Notes under the pieces: model-generated
The model's input: the letters and a program-made list of their open reading frames with translations, nothing else
Told to the model about the DNA's origin: nothing
The model's database searches: none
In this document: piece by piece, positions 7,751 to 15,412 of the stretch
Position numbering within the stretch: position 1 is the first letter of the stretch
Layout: each line of letters starts with the position of its first letter
Program-made: the position numbers and the translations under genes
Source: Thermodesulfovibrionales bacterium
GTDB taxonomy: Bacteria; Nitrospirota; Thermodesulfovibrionia; Thermodesulfovibrionales; CALJEL01
DNA: 64,000 nucleotides
Direction: 5' to 3'
NCBI GenBank assembly: GCA_026417875.1
Contig: JAOACK010000006.1
Coordinates: 1,201-65,200, forward strand

Positions 7751-8905
7751 TTATTCATTAATTTTAATCTTTGTCTTTTCTATCCTAATACCGTACCTAG
7801 TAGCACCATAAATCTTAAATGAGCTTATTTGGCAAAAGGGTAAATATCTTTCATCAATTTCATCTTTGATTGCCTTGTTAATCTTTGTTATATACTGTCT
7901 TAAAGATTCAATACCTATTCCATCCCTCCACTTTTCTTTTAAATCTTCAGCCTTAAATGGCTGACCCCAGTAAATCTTCTTATAATCCTCTGCCATCTTT
8001 TCAAGAGCCTGCCTTGAGGAAAAGTCAATAAGAACAGGAAAACAATCAATACATTCAAGACAATATAATCTTTCAGGATATTTACAATGCTCTGTCTTTT
8101 GTCTGAGAAAGGCTGTATAAATCATTAAGTGCACAGGAATCATTTCTACTGTATGAGAACCAACCATGACAGTCCTTTCCCTGAGGTTTACTTGAAGAAC
8201 TGGCTGGAGCATAGCGATGTCTATTTCTTTCTGGCCTTCTTCAACGAGCTCTTCAAATTCTTTACCATGAAACTCAATTTTACTTCCTAATCTAATAAAA
8301 GGCAATTCAGCAAGTTCAATCTTCGCATTGTCGGTGTTGAGCTCTATAATCTCTCCATCAGACCTTCTGGCTTTAATAATTTTATTTAGCTTTGGCTTAT
8401 AAAAAAACTCTGGATTTGATTCAAACTCTTGACTCACCAGTACATGATAAAGTCTATCCCAGGGTCGTCCAAAAAGCTGAAGCGCTGAACCAAGATAAAA
8501 ACCCATTGTCTTTCTTCCACCAGCCAGGGAACAGTGAAGTCTTGATCTCGTATCTTTAGCCTTATCTCTTATAAAACTGGTAATAAAATTACCAGCTAAT
8601 GTATTATCCTCTTTATCTCTTATATCCTGTAACTCCTCTCCAAAAGCATTCTTTATTACCAATATTGAATCCTTAGTTAGAGGGATCTCAGGAATGCCAT
8701 ATTCTTTCTTAAATTCTTCAAAAATCCTCCTTTCAAAAAAGGCATCTTCAATTGCCTTCTTGCCTGTTGAAGTCGTAATTACAAATATCTCATCTGGATA
8801 GACAGGAGGTTCTTTTGTTACAAGGGCATAAAGGGTTTCTGTAATTATCTGAGGTGTTGCACCTGCAACAAAAATAAAAACCTCTTTAAATTTTTCTTCC
8901 TTCAT
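7751..8905 (-). CDS. CARF-domain protein of the Cas_NE0113/TIGR02584 type fused to an OmpR/PhoB-like winged-helix domain with a 4-Cys insert
   Basis: N-terminal half has VFIFVAGATPQIITETLYAL and LHCSLAGGRKTMGFYLGSALQLFGRPWDRLYHVLV, the family signature blocks as I recall them. C-terminal half: LQVNLRERTVMVGSHTVEMIPVHLMIYTAFL ... LRQYITKINKAIKD ... ISSFKIYGATRYGIRI resembles trans_reg_C. Insert is HC-x7-C-x2-C-x2-C (nt 8042-8086). Confidence 0.75.
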   Translation of the reverse strand: MKEEKFKEVFIFVAGATPQIITETLYALVTKEPPVYPDEIFVITTSTGKKAIEDAFFERRIFEEFKKEYGIPEIPLTKDSILVIKNAFGEELQDIRDKEDNTLAGNFITSFIRDKAKDTRSRLHCSLAGGRKTMGFYLGSALQLFGRPWDRLYHVLVSQEFESNPEFFYKPKLNKIIKARRSDGEIIELNTDNAKIELAELPFIRLGSKIEFHGKEFEELVEEGQKEIDIAMLQPVLQVNLRERTVMVGSHTVEMIPVHLMIYTAFLRQKTEHCKYPERLYCLECIDCFPVLIDFSSRQALEKMAEDYKKIYWGQPFKAEDLKEKWRDGIGIESLRQYITKINKAIKDEIDERYLPFCQISSFKIYGATRYGIRIEKTKIKINE

Positions 8906-8911
8906 GAAAGA

Positions 8912-8940
8912 ATTATAAAAAAATAAATAATCTAAGGCAA
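8912..8940 (-). promoter_or_regulatory. Candidate sigma-70 promoter of the CARF operon; geometry implies a leaderless transcript
   Basis: Minus strand: TTGCCT (8940-8935), 17-nt spacer, TATAAT (8917-8912). ATG at 8905 is 7 nt after the hexamer. No SD. Confidence 0.45.
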
Positions 8941-8945
8941 GGCTA

Positions 8946-8966
8946 GAAATGTTTCAGAAATATTTC
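8946..8966. promoter_or_regulatory. Tandem 11-bp direct repeat GAAATGTTTCa GAAATATTTC (each unit an internal palindrome); candidate operator
   Basis: GAAATGTTTC at 8946-8955 and GAAATATTTC at 8957-8966, with an 11-bp period. It lies 5 nt upstream of the -35 of the CARF promoter. Confidence 0.35.
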
Positions 8967-9153
8967 CAATAATATCATAATCTTATTTGCACTCTGGATA
9001 TCCGGTTCAGGTTCATGAGTCTTTATGAAAAAAAACATATTAAAACCACCATTACTGATAAAGAATAAAGCAACCTTCTTTACTTTTCGATGAAAAAAAG
9101 AGGCGATTCAGCTTAGAAAATGAACCTAGGGACGGTCAAAGCCTTTGCTGATA

Positions 9154-9162
9154 TGTTATTAT
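9154..9162 (+). promoter_or_regulatory. Candidate extended -10 element (TGtTATTAT) for secA
   Basis: TG at 9154-9155, hexamer TATTAT at 9157-9162. secA ATG at 9169 follows 7 nt later. No SD. Confidence 0.35.
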
Positions 9163-9168
9163 ATTAAA

Positions 9169-11850
9169 ATGATTGGATTTTTACTGAAAAAAATCTTTGG
9201 CACCAAGAATGAGAGGGAGCTCAAAAGACTCTGGCCTATTGTCCACAGAATAAACTCCCTTGAACCAGCTGTAGCAGCTCTTTCCGACCTCGAACTCAGA
9301 AAGAAGACCGATGAATTCAGAGAACGACTCATCAATGGTGAGACCCTTGATGACCTCCTTCCTGAAGCCTTTGCTGTTGTAAGGGAGGCAGGAAAAAGAA
9401 CTATCAATATGAGACACTTTGATGTACAGCTCCTGGGAGGTATAGTGCTTCATGAAGGAAAGATAGCAGAGATGAAAACCGGAGAGGGTAAGACCCTTGT
9501 CGCAACCCTTCCCCTTTATCTTAATGCTCTTGAGGGAAAGGGCTGTCATCTCGTTACTGTGAATGATTATCTTGCAAAAAGAGATGCCCAGTGGATGGGT
9601 CCGATTTACAATTTTCTTGGACTTTCTGTAGGTGTGATTCAGCATGACGCCTCCTTTCTCTATGACCCCAATTATCGCTCCACTGACAAGAGATTTGACA
9701 GGCTAAGACCCTGCACCAGAAAAGAGGCCTATCTGGCAGACATAACCTATGGCACAAATAATGAGTTCGGCTTTGACTATCTAAGGGATAATATGAAATA
9801 TGATATAAATGACTACTGTCAGAGAGAGCTTCATTATGCAATAGTGGATGAGGTTGATAGTATACTAATAGACGAAGCAAGGACACCACTCATAATATCA
9901 GGACCTTCAGAGGAATCAACAGGGAAATACTACCATGTTGACAAAGTTGTAAGAAAACTTCAGAAGGACCTTGACTTCACGATTGATGAAAAGGCAAGAA
10001 CTGTTATACTGACAGAGGCAGGAATCCACAGGGTTGAAAAGCTTCTGGGTGTTGATAATCTTTATGATCCATCAAATATAGATCTTGTCCATCATGTCCT
10101 ACAGGCACTAAAGGCCCATCACCTCTTTCACAGAGATGTGGACTATGTTGTAAAGGATGGAAAGGTTATTATAGTTGATGAATTCACAGGTAGGCTCATG
10201 CCGGGAAGGCGTTGGTCAGATGGTCTCCACCAGGCTATTGAAGCAAAAGAGGGATTAAAGATTGAAAGCGAAAACCAGACCCTTGCAACCATAACATTCC
10301 AGAACTACTTCAGAATGTATAAAAAGCTTGCTGGGATGACAGGTACTGCTGATACCGAGGCAGAGGAATTTGCCAAGATATACAATCTTGATGTGGTTAT
10401 AATACCAACCCATAAACCGATGATAAGGGTTGACCATCCAGATCTTATTTATAAGACCGAGAAGGCAAAGTTTGATGCAGTGGTAAAAGAGATTGAGGAA
10501 TGCCATAAAAGAGGTCAGCCTGTCCTAGTAGGAACAATATCAATAGAAAAATCAGAACGACTTAGCCAGATGCTGAAGAAAAGGGGGATACCCCATTCTG
10601 TATTGAATGCCAAGTATCATGAAAAGGAGGCTGAAATAATTGCACAGGCTGGAAGGCTTGGTGCTGTAACCATTGCAACAAATATGGCAGGTCGAGGCAC
10701 GGACATCATTCTCGGTGGAAATCCTGAAGGTCTTGCGAGGATCTGGCTCAGGGAGAAAAAATCCGACTGGACGGACGAAGAATTTCAGGAGGCCTTAAAA
10801 AAGGCAGAGAAGATATGTGCAGAGGAAAGGCAGAAGGTTATAGAAGCTGGAGGGCTTCATATAATAGGAACAGAAAGACATGAGGCAAGGAGAATAGATA
10901 ACCAGCTCAGAGGCCGTTCCGGAAGGCAGGGTGATCCAGGTTCATCAAGGTTCTATCTATCCCTTGAAGATGACCTAATGAGAATCTTTGCCTCGGATAG
11001 AATCTCTGGCCTGATGGATAGGCTCGGCATGGATGAAACAATACCAATTGAAAACAGGCTTGTCACAAAAGCAATAGAGAATGCCCAGAAAAGGGTTGAG
11101 GCACATAATTTTGATATAAGAAAACACCTGCTTGAATACGATGATGTCCTCAACAAACAGAGGACAGAGATATACAGGTTCAGAAGGGAGATACTTGAAA
11201 GCGACAATCTAAAGGATCACATCCAGGGCATGATTGAAGATACAGTGGATGAACTCATAAACCTCTACTGTCCTTCTGAATCCCATTTTGAAGAATGGGA
11301 TCTGAAAGGTCTCAGGGATAATCTCTGGAGTATCTTCTCCTTTAATGAAGAACTTAAACCATCTGAGAATATGAGAGACCAGATAATTGAATCCCTCTTT
11401 GAACTTTACAATAGAAAGGAACAGGAAATAGGCCCTGAATTCATGAGATATCTTGAAAAGGTATTCCTTCTCAGTGTTGTTGACAGTCAGTGGAAGGATC
11501 ATCTTCTTGCCATGGATCATCTTAAGGAAGGGATAGGACTCAGGGGGTATGCTCAGAGGGATCCCCTTGTGGAGTATAAAAGGGAAGCATTCCATATGTT
11601 TGGAGAACTCAAGGAAAGAATAAACAGGGAAGTCCTAACAAGACTCTTCAAGGTAGAAATAAAGAAAGAAGAGAAGGCTCCAACTATTAACCTGAGAAGA
11701 CCTGTTTTTGCTTCAAGCAGCCTGAGCTATAATAAAGATGACGGAAGGGGGCCAAGGGAACCGGTACATGTTAAGAAGATAGGAAGAAATGATCCATGTC
11801 CCTGCGGAAGTGGAAAGAAGTACAAAAAATGCTGTGGAGTGAATGCGTAA
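9169..11850 (+). CDS. secA: Preprotein translocase ATPase SecA
   Basis: [21 protein letters not shown] aligns residue-for-residue with the E. coli SecA N-terminus, so I use ATG 9169 rather than the track TTG 9145. MKTGEGKT Walker [20 protein letters not shown]-terminal zinc motif [14 protein letters not shown]. Confidence 0.97.
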   Translation: MIGFLLKKIFGTKNERELKRLWPIVHRINSLEPAVAALSDLELRKKTDEFRERLINGETLDDLLPEAFAVVREAGKRTINMRHFDVQLLGGIVLHEGKIAEMKTGEGKTLVATLPLYLNALEGKGCHLVTVNDYLAKRDAQWMGPIYNFLGLSVGVIQHDASFLYDPNYRSTDKRFDRLRPCTRKEAYLADITYGTNNEFGFDYLRDNMKYDINDYCQRELHYAIVDEVDSILIDEARTPLIISGPSEESTGKYYHVDKVVRKLQKDLDFTIDEKARTVILTEAGIHRVEKLLGVDNLYDPSNIDLVHHVLQALKAHHLFHRDVDYVVKDGKVIIVDEFTGRLMPGRRWSDGLHQAIEAKEGLKIESENQTLATITFQNYFRMYKKLAGMTGTADTEAEEFAKIYNLDVVIIPTHKPMIRVDHPDLIYKTEKAKFDAVVKEIEECHKRGQPVLVGTISIEKSERLSQMLKKRGIPHSVLNAKYHEKEAEIIAQAGRLGAVTIATNMAGRGTDIILGGNPEGLARIWLREKKSDWTDEEFQEALKKAEKICAEERQKVIEAGGLHIIGTERHEARRIDNQLRGRSGRQGDPGSSRFYLSLEDDLMRIFASDRISGLMDRLGMDETIPIENRLVTKAIENAQKRVEAHNFDIRKHLLEYDDVLNKQRTEIYRFRREILESDNLKDHIQGMIEDTVDELINLYCPSESHFEEWDLKGLRDNLWSIFSFNEELKPSENMRDQIIESLFELYNRKEQEIGPEFMRYLEKVFLLSVVDSQWKDHLLAMDHLKEGIGLRGYAQRDPLVEYKREAFHMFGELKERINREVLTRLFKVEIKKEEKAPTINLRRPVFASSSLSYNKDDGRGPREPVHVKKIGRNDPCPCGSGKKYKKCCGVNA

Positions 11851-13243
11851 AATCATACTCATAGGAAAAAATTCCTCAAGGGATGATTACTGGCAGGTTC
11901 TACGGGAGCTAGGCCAGGAGGTCCTGAGATTTACAGATGTAAAGACTGCATTAAAATTTCTTAATTCCTCTAATAACAATGCAACACTAATAGTGATTGA
12001 CCGCGAAGAAATTAAAAATCCACACCATAGAAAATTTAATTATCTTACAAGAAGCATACCAAGAATAATTTTATATGAAAACAACCAGAAAGGTATTCTC
12101 CAGCATCTAAGGCACTCCTTCACCTTTCCCCTTTACATACCTAAACCAGAAACTCTACTTCAGGTTTCGAAAAACCTGATCAATATAAAAAATATTCATG
12201 AAGAGAATGAATTATTAAGAGCAGAAAACAGAGGTACAAAAAGGGAACTACAGTTTTTTGAAGAGATAAGCAAGATACTGACCTCTTCACTGGAACTTGA
12301 CGAGATGCTTAAATTCATTATGAAAAAGGCTAAGGAGATAACCCGTGCCGATGCCTGGTCAGTACTTCTACTGGATGAAGAAAGCAATGAGCTTATATTC
12401 AAAAATATTGAGGGAAAGAAAAAAAAGGACCTTTACCAGATGAGGGTAAAAATGGGTGAGGGAATAGCCGGATGGGTTGCAAGGGAAAGAGTGCCTGTAA
12501 TAGTTCCAGATGTATCCAAGGATAGCAGATTCTCCTGCAGAATTGATAAGGTTATTCACTTCAGGATAAGATCTCTACTATGTGTGCCAATCATAAGTAA
12601 AGATAAATGCATTGGTGTCATAGAACTTGTCAGCAAGAACAAGGAAAAACCATTCACAAAGGATGATCTTGATTTTATGCTCAAACTCGTTGACCATGCT
12701 GCTCTTGCGATTGAGAGAGCAACCCTCTATCAGAAAATGGCAGAGCTTGTCATAACAGATGACCTCACAAAATTATTCAATACAAGATATCTACACAGAA
12801 CCCTTGATACAGAAATATACAGGTGTGATAGATATAAGACATCGCTTTCTCTTATATTTATGGATGTTGATCACTTCAAACAGATAAATGATACATACGG
12901 ACATCTTGTTGGAAGCAAGCTCCTTGTGGAAATTGCCCAGCTTCTTTTAAAGCATTTAAGGTCAGCGGATATTGTTGCCAGGTACGGTGGAGATGAATAT
13001 GTAATAGTCCTTCCTCAGACACCGCCTGATGCTGCTGCAAGGATAACAGAAAGACTCAGAAAAAACATTGAACAGAACATCTTTTTAAGAAAGGATGGTT
13101 ATTTTATAAAAGTCACAGCTAGCTTTGGAGTTGCCTCCTATCCCGAGAGTGCAAAAACAAAAGAGGAACTTCTCAGACTTGCTGATGAAGCAATGTACCG
13201 GATTAAAAACACGACGAGAAACGGAGTTTATGCAATAATCTGA
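11843..13243 (+). CDS. Pseudo-receiver / GAF / GGDEF diguanylate cyclase
   Basis: The N-terminal REC-like fold lacks the acidic pair (ILIGKNSS). A central GAF domain follows. C-terminal GGDEF domain has [14 protein letters not shown]: an intact RxxD I-site 5 residues before the A-site, with the A-site variant GGDEY. Start overlaps the secA stop by 8 nt. Confidence 0.85.
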   Translation: MRKIILIGKNSSRDDYWQVLRELGQEVLRFTDVKTALKFLNSSNNNATLIVIDREEIKNPHHRKFNYLTRSIPRIILYENNQKGILQHLRHSFTFPLYIPKPETLLQVSKNLINIKNIHEENELLRAENRGTKRELQFFEEISKILTSSLELDEMLKFIMKKAKEITRADAWSVLLLDEESNELIFKNIEGKKKKDLYQMRVKMGEGIAGWVARERVPVIVPDVSKDSRFSCRIDKVIHFRIRSLLCVPIISKDKCIGVIELVSKNKEKPFTKDDLDFMLKLVDHAALAIERATLYQKMAELVITDDLTKLFNTRYLHRTLDTEIYRCDRYKTSLSLIFMDVDHFKQINDTYGHLVGSKLLVEIAQLLLKHLRSADIVARYGGDEYVIVLPQTPPDAAARITERLRKNIEQNIFLRKDGYFIKVTASFGVASYPESAKTKEELLRLADEAMYRIKNTTRNGVYAII

Positions 13244-14181
13244 TGGCCCTATTCAATTACGCTACAAAGGAGATCATCCTCAAGATTGTCTATTACGGTC
13301 CCGGGTTAAGTGGTAAAACCACGAATCTTGAGGTCCTCCATAAATCCTTCTCACCTGAATCGGTGGGAAAGCTCATATCGCTTTCAACAGAGGCAGACAG
13401 GACGCTTTTCTTTGACTTTCTTCCAATAGAACTTGGCAGAATAAAAGATTTTACCCTCAGATTTCAGCTCTATACAGTTCCAGGACAGGTAAGATATAAC
13501 TCAACAAGAAAGCTGGTCCTTAAGGGTGCTGATGCAGTTGTGTTTGTTGCTGACTCCCAGCGGCAGATGAGAGAACAGAACATAGAAAGCTTCCAGAACA
13601 TGAGGGAGAATCTTATTGAAAATAATATTGACCCTGATGATATTCCAGTTGTCCTTCAGTACAATAAAAGAGACCTGCCAGATATATTATCGGTTCAGGA
13701 ACTTAATAATGACCTAAATCTTAGATGGTATCCATACATTGAAGCAGTGGCAATTAATGGAACTGGTGTCAAGGAGACCTTTCAGGCGGTAACAGAACTA
13801 CTCATTAAACACCTTTCAAAAAAATACTCTATTAAAATGAAAGAGGCCGGAATTATAGAAGTAACTCCGCCAGTACAAGCAAAAGAAGGTCCAGCTCTTA
13901 CTGAAGAGAAAAGAGCCCCAGCGATTGATTCCCATTCCATAATAGAAGATATTTATACAGAACTCAAAAGACTGTCTGAGAGGATAGAAAAGATTGAAAA
14001 GATAGTCATTGAAAAAAATCAAAAGGCTCTCACTTCTGAAAGCATCGAGAGTCAATTAATTCAGATACAGAAAAATCTTTCAGAACTTTATAAATCCCAT
14101 AGGGATATGATAATCCAGTTAAGAACTGTATATGACATCCTGAGCAAGGCTAGACTTGAAAAAAAGGGTATATTTTTCTAA
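13243..14181 (+). CDS. mglA: MglA-type Ras-like small GTPase with a ~115-aa coiled-coil C-terminal extension
   Basis: KIVYYGPGLSGKTTNL (P-loop), LISLSTEADRTLFFDFLP, LYTVPGQV, LQYNKRDL. It is near-collinear with Myxococcus MglA over about 195 aa. An extra tail occupies 13828-14181. TGATG overlap with the upstream gene. Confidence 0.85.
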   Translation: MALFNYATKEIILKIVYYGPGLSGKTTNLEVLHKSFSPESVGKLISLSTEADRTLFFDFLPIELGRIKDFTLRFQLYTVPGQVRYNSTRKLVLKGADAVVFVADSQRQMREQNIESFQNMRENLIENNIDPDDIPVVLQYNKRDLPDILSVQELNNDLNLRWYPYIEAVAINGTGVKETFQAVTELLIKHLSKKYSIKMKEAGIIEVTPPVQAKEGPALTEEKRAPAIDSHSIIEDIYTELKRLSERIEKIEKIVIEKNQKALTSESIESQLIQIQKNLSELYKSHRDMIIQLRTVYDILSKARLEKKGIFF

Positions 14182-14183
14182 CC

Positions 14184-15380
14184 ATGGATGTATCAGATTT
14201 TTTCTTAAAACTTCTTGTAATTCTTCTCAGCGCAAAACTATTTGCAGAGTTATTCGCCTTAATGAACCTTCCTACTGTTCTCGGAGAGGTTGTAGCAGGA
14301 ATAATAATAGGGCCGAGCCTTCTTGGAATAATCGTCCCTGATGCAACATTTTATCTCCTTGCTGAAATAGGAATCCTTCTTCTTCTCTTTGAGGTTGGAC
14401 TAGAAACAGATGTAGGTCAACTTGTTAAAGTAGGTCTTCAATCATCGCTCGTTGCTCTTACGGGTGTACTGCTGCCAGCCCTTGCCGGCTTCTGGATAAG
14501 CAATCAAATCTTTCATCTTCCATTTATTGTATCTCTTTTTATCGGAGGAACTCTGGTGGCAACAAGCATCGGTATTACTGTTAGAGTGCTTGTTGATCTT
14601 AAAAAACAACATACAAAGATTGCAAAGATCGTTCTGGGTGCCGCTGTTCTCGATGATATTGCCGGTGTTATAATACTGGCTGTGCTTTATGATTTCGCTG
14701 TCACTGGAAAGATTGAGATTATCAATACTGCAAAGGTAATGGGATTCATTACAGTCTTTTTATTAATTGCACCTTTGTTTACGAAGCTTCTTGTTCCAGT
14801 TATATCAAGACTTTCCTCCATAAGCAGGACAAAGGGTATGATACCAACTATTATCGTCTCCCTGATTCTCGGGCTCGCGGTCATATCCCATGGTGTTGGA
14901 GCTCCTGAAATACTCGGCTCATTTGCAGCAGGAATTGCCCTTGCAAGAAGATTCTTTCTTCCACTTGGTGCTACAATAGAACATTACAGCCATGAGCTTG
15001 CAGAAAGAATAGAGGTGAATATGAAGCCAATTATAGACCTCTTTGTACCTGTGTTTTTTGTAATAGTTGGTGCATCAATTAATTTAAAGGTGATTGACTT
15101 TACATCTCCCCTCTTCTGGCAGATAGCCCTGTTACTTACTCTTGGAGCAGTTACAGGCAAGATGTTGAGCGGCATATGGGTCAGAGGGGGGATCAAAGCA
15201 AAGCTTTCCACCGGAATCGCAATGGTTCCAAGAGGAGAGGTTGGCTTAATATTTGCAGAGGTTGGTAAAAAAAGTGGAATATTTGACGACACCATTTATG
15301 CGGTAATGGTATTCGTGGTTGCCCTGACAACTTTATTTGCACCATTATTATTAAGGTATTCAATGAAAGGAGAGAAATAA
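14184..15380 (+). CDS. Cation:proton antiporter (CPA2/Kef-type Na+/H+ exchanger family), no KTN domain
   Basis: About 12 hydrophobic helices. The N-terminus LLVILLSAKLFAELFALMNLPTVLGEVVAGIIIGPSLLG is typical of the Na_H_Exchanger family. Start lies 2 nt after the mglA stop. Confidence 0.85.
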   Translation: MDVSDFFLKLLVILLSAKLFAELFALMNLPTVLGEVVAGIIIGPSLLGIIVPDATFYLLAEIGILLLLFEVGLETDVGQLVKVGLQSSLVALTGVLLPALAGFWISNQIFHLPFIVSLFIGGTLVATSIGITVRVLVDLKKQHTKIAKIVLGAAVLDDIAGVIILAVLYDFAVTGKIEIINTAKVMGFITVFLLIAPLFTKLLVPVISRLSSISRTKGMIPTIIVSLILGLAVISHGVGAPEILGSFAAGIALARRFFLPLGATIEHYSHELAERIEVNMKPIIDLFVPVFFVIVGASINLKVIDFTSPLFWQIALLLTLGAVTGKMLSGIWVRGGIKAKLSTGIAMVPRGEVGLIFAEVGKKSGIFDDTIYAVMVFVVALTTLFAPLLLRYSMKGEK

Positions 15381-15412
15381 AATTGAATTAAGACAATTTA
15401 ATTTAAATTTTA

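Noticed and set aside
9015-9068. 17-codon ORF (MSLYEKKHIKTTITDKE) in the CARF/secA spacer
   Set aside because: It has no SD, no leaderless-type -10 in front, and a lysine-rich sequence expected by chance in AT-rich DNA.
9145-9168. Upstream TTG start for secA given in the ORF track
   Set aside because: Alignment of [21 protein letters not shown] with the canonical SecA N-terminus fits ATG 9169 exactly. The extra 8 codons (MLICYYIK) overlap the candidate -10 element.
14156-14341. 61-aa ORF overlapping the mglA end and the antiporter start
   Set aside because: It is out of frame with two well-supported genes and has a basic, low-complexity sequence. It is an artefact.
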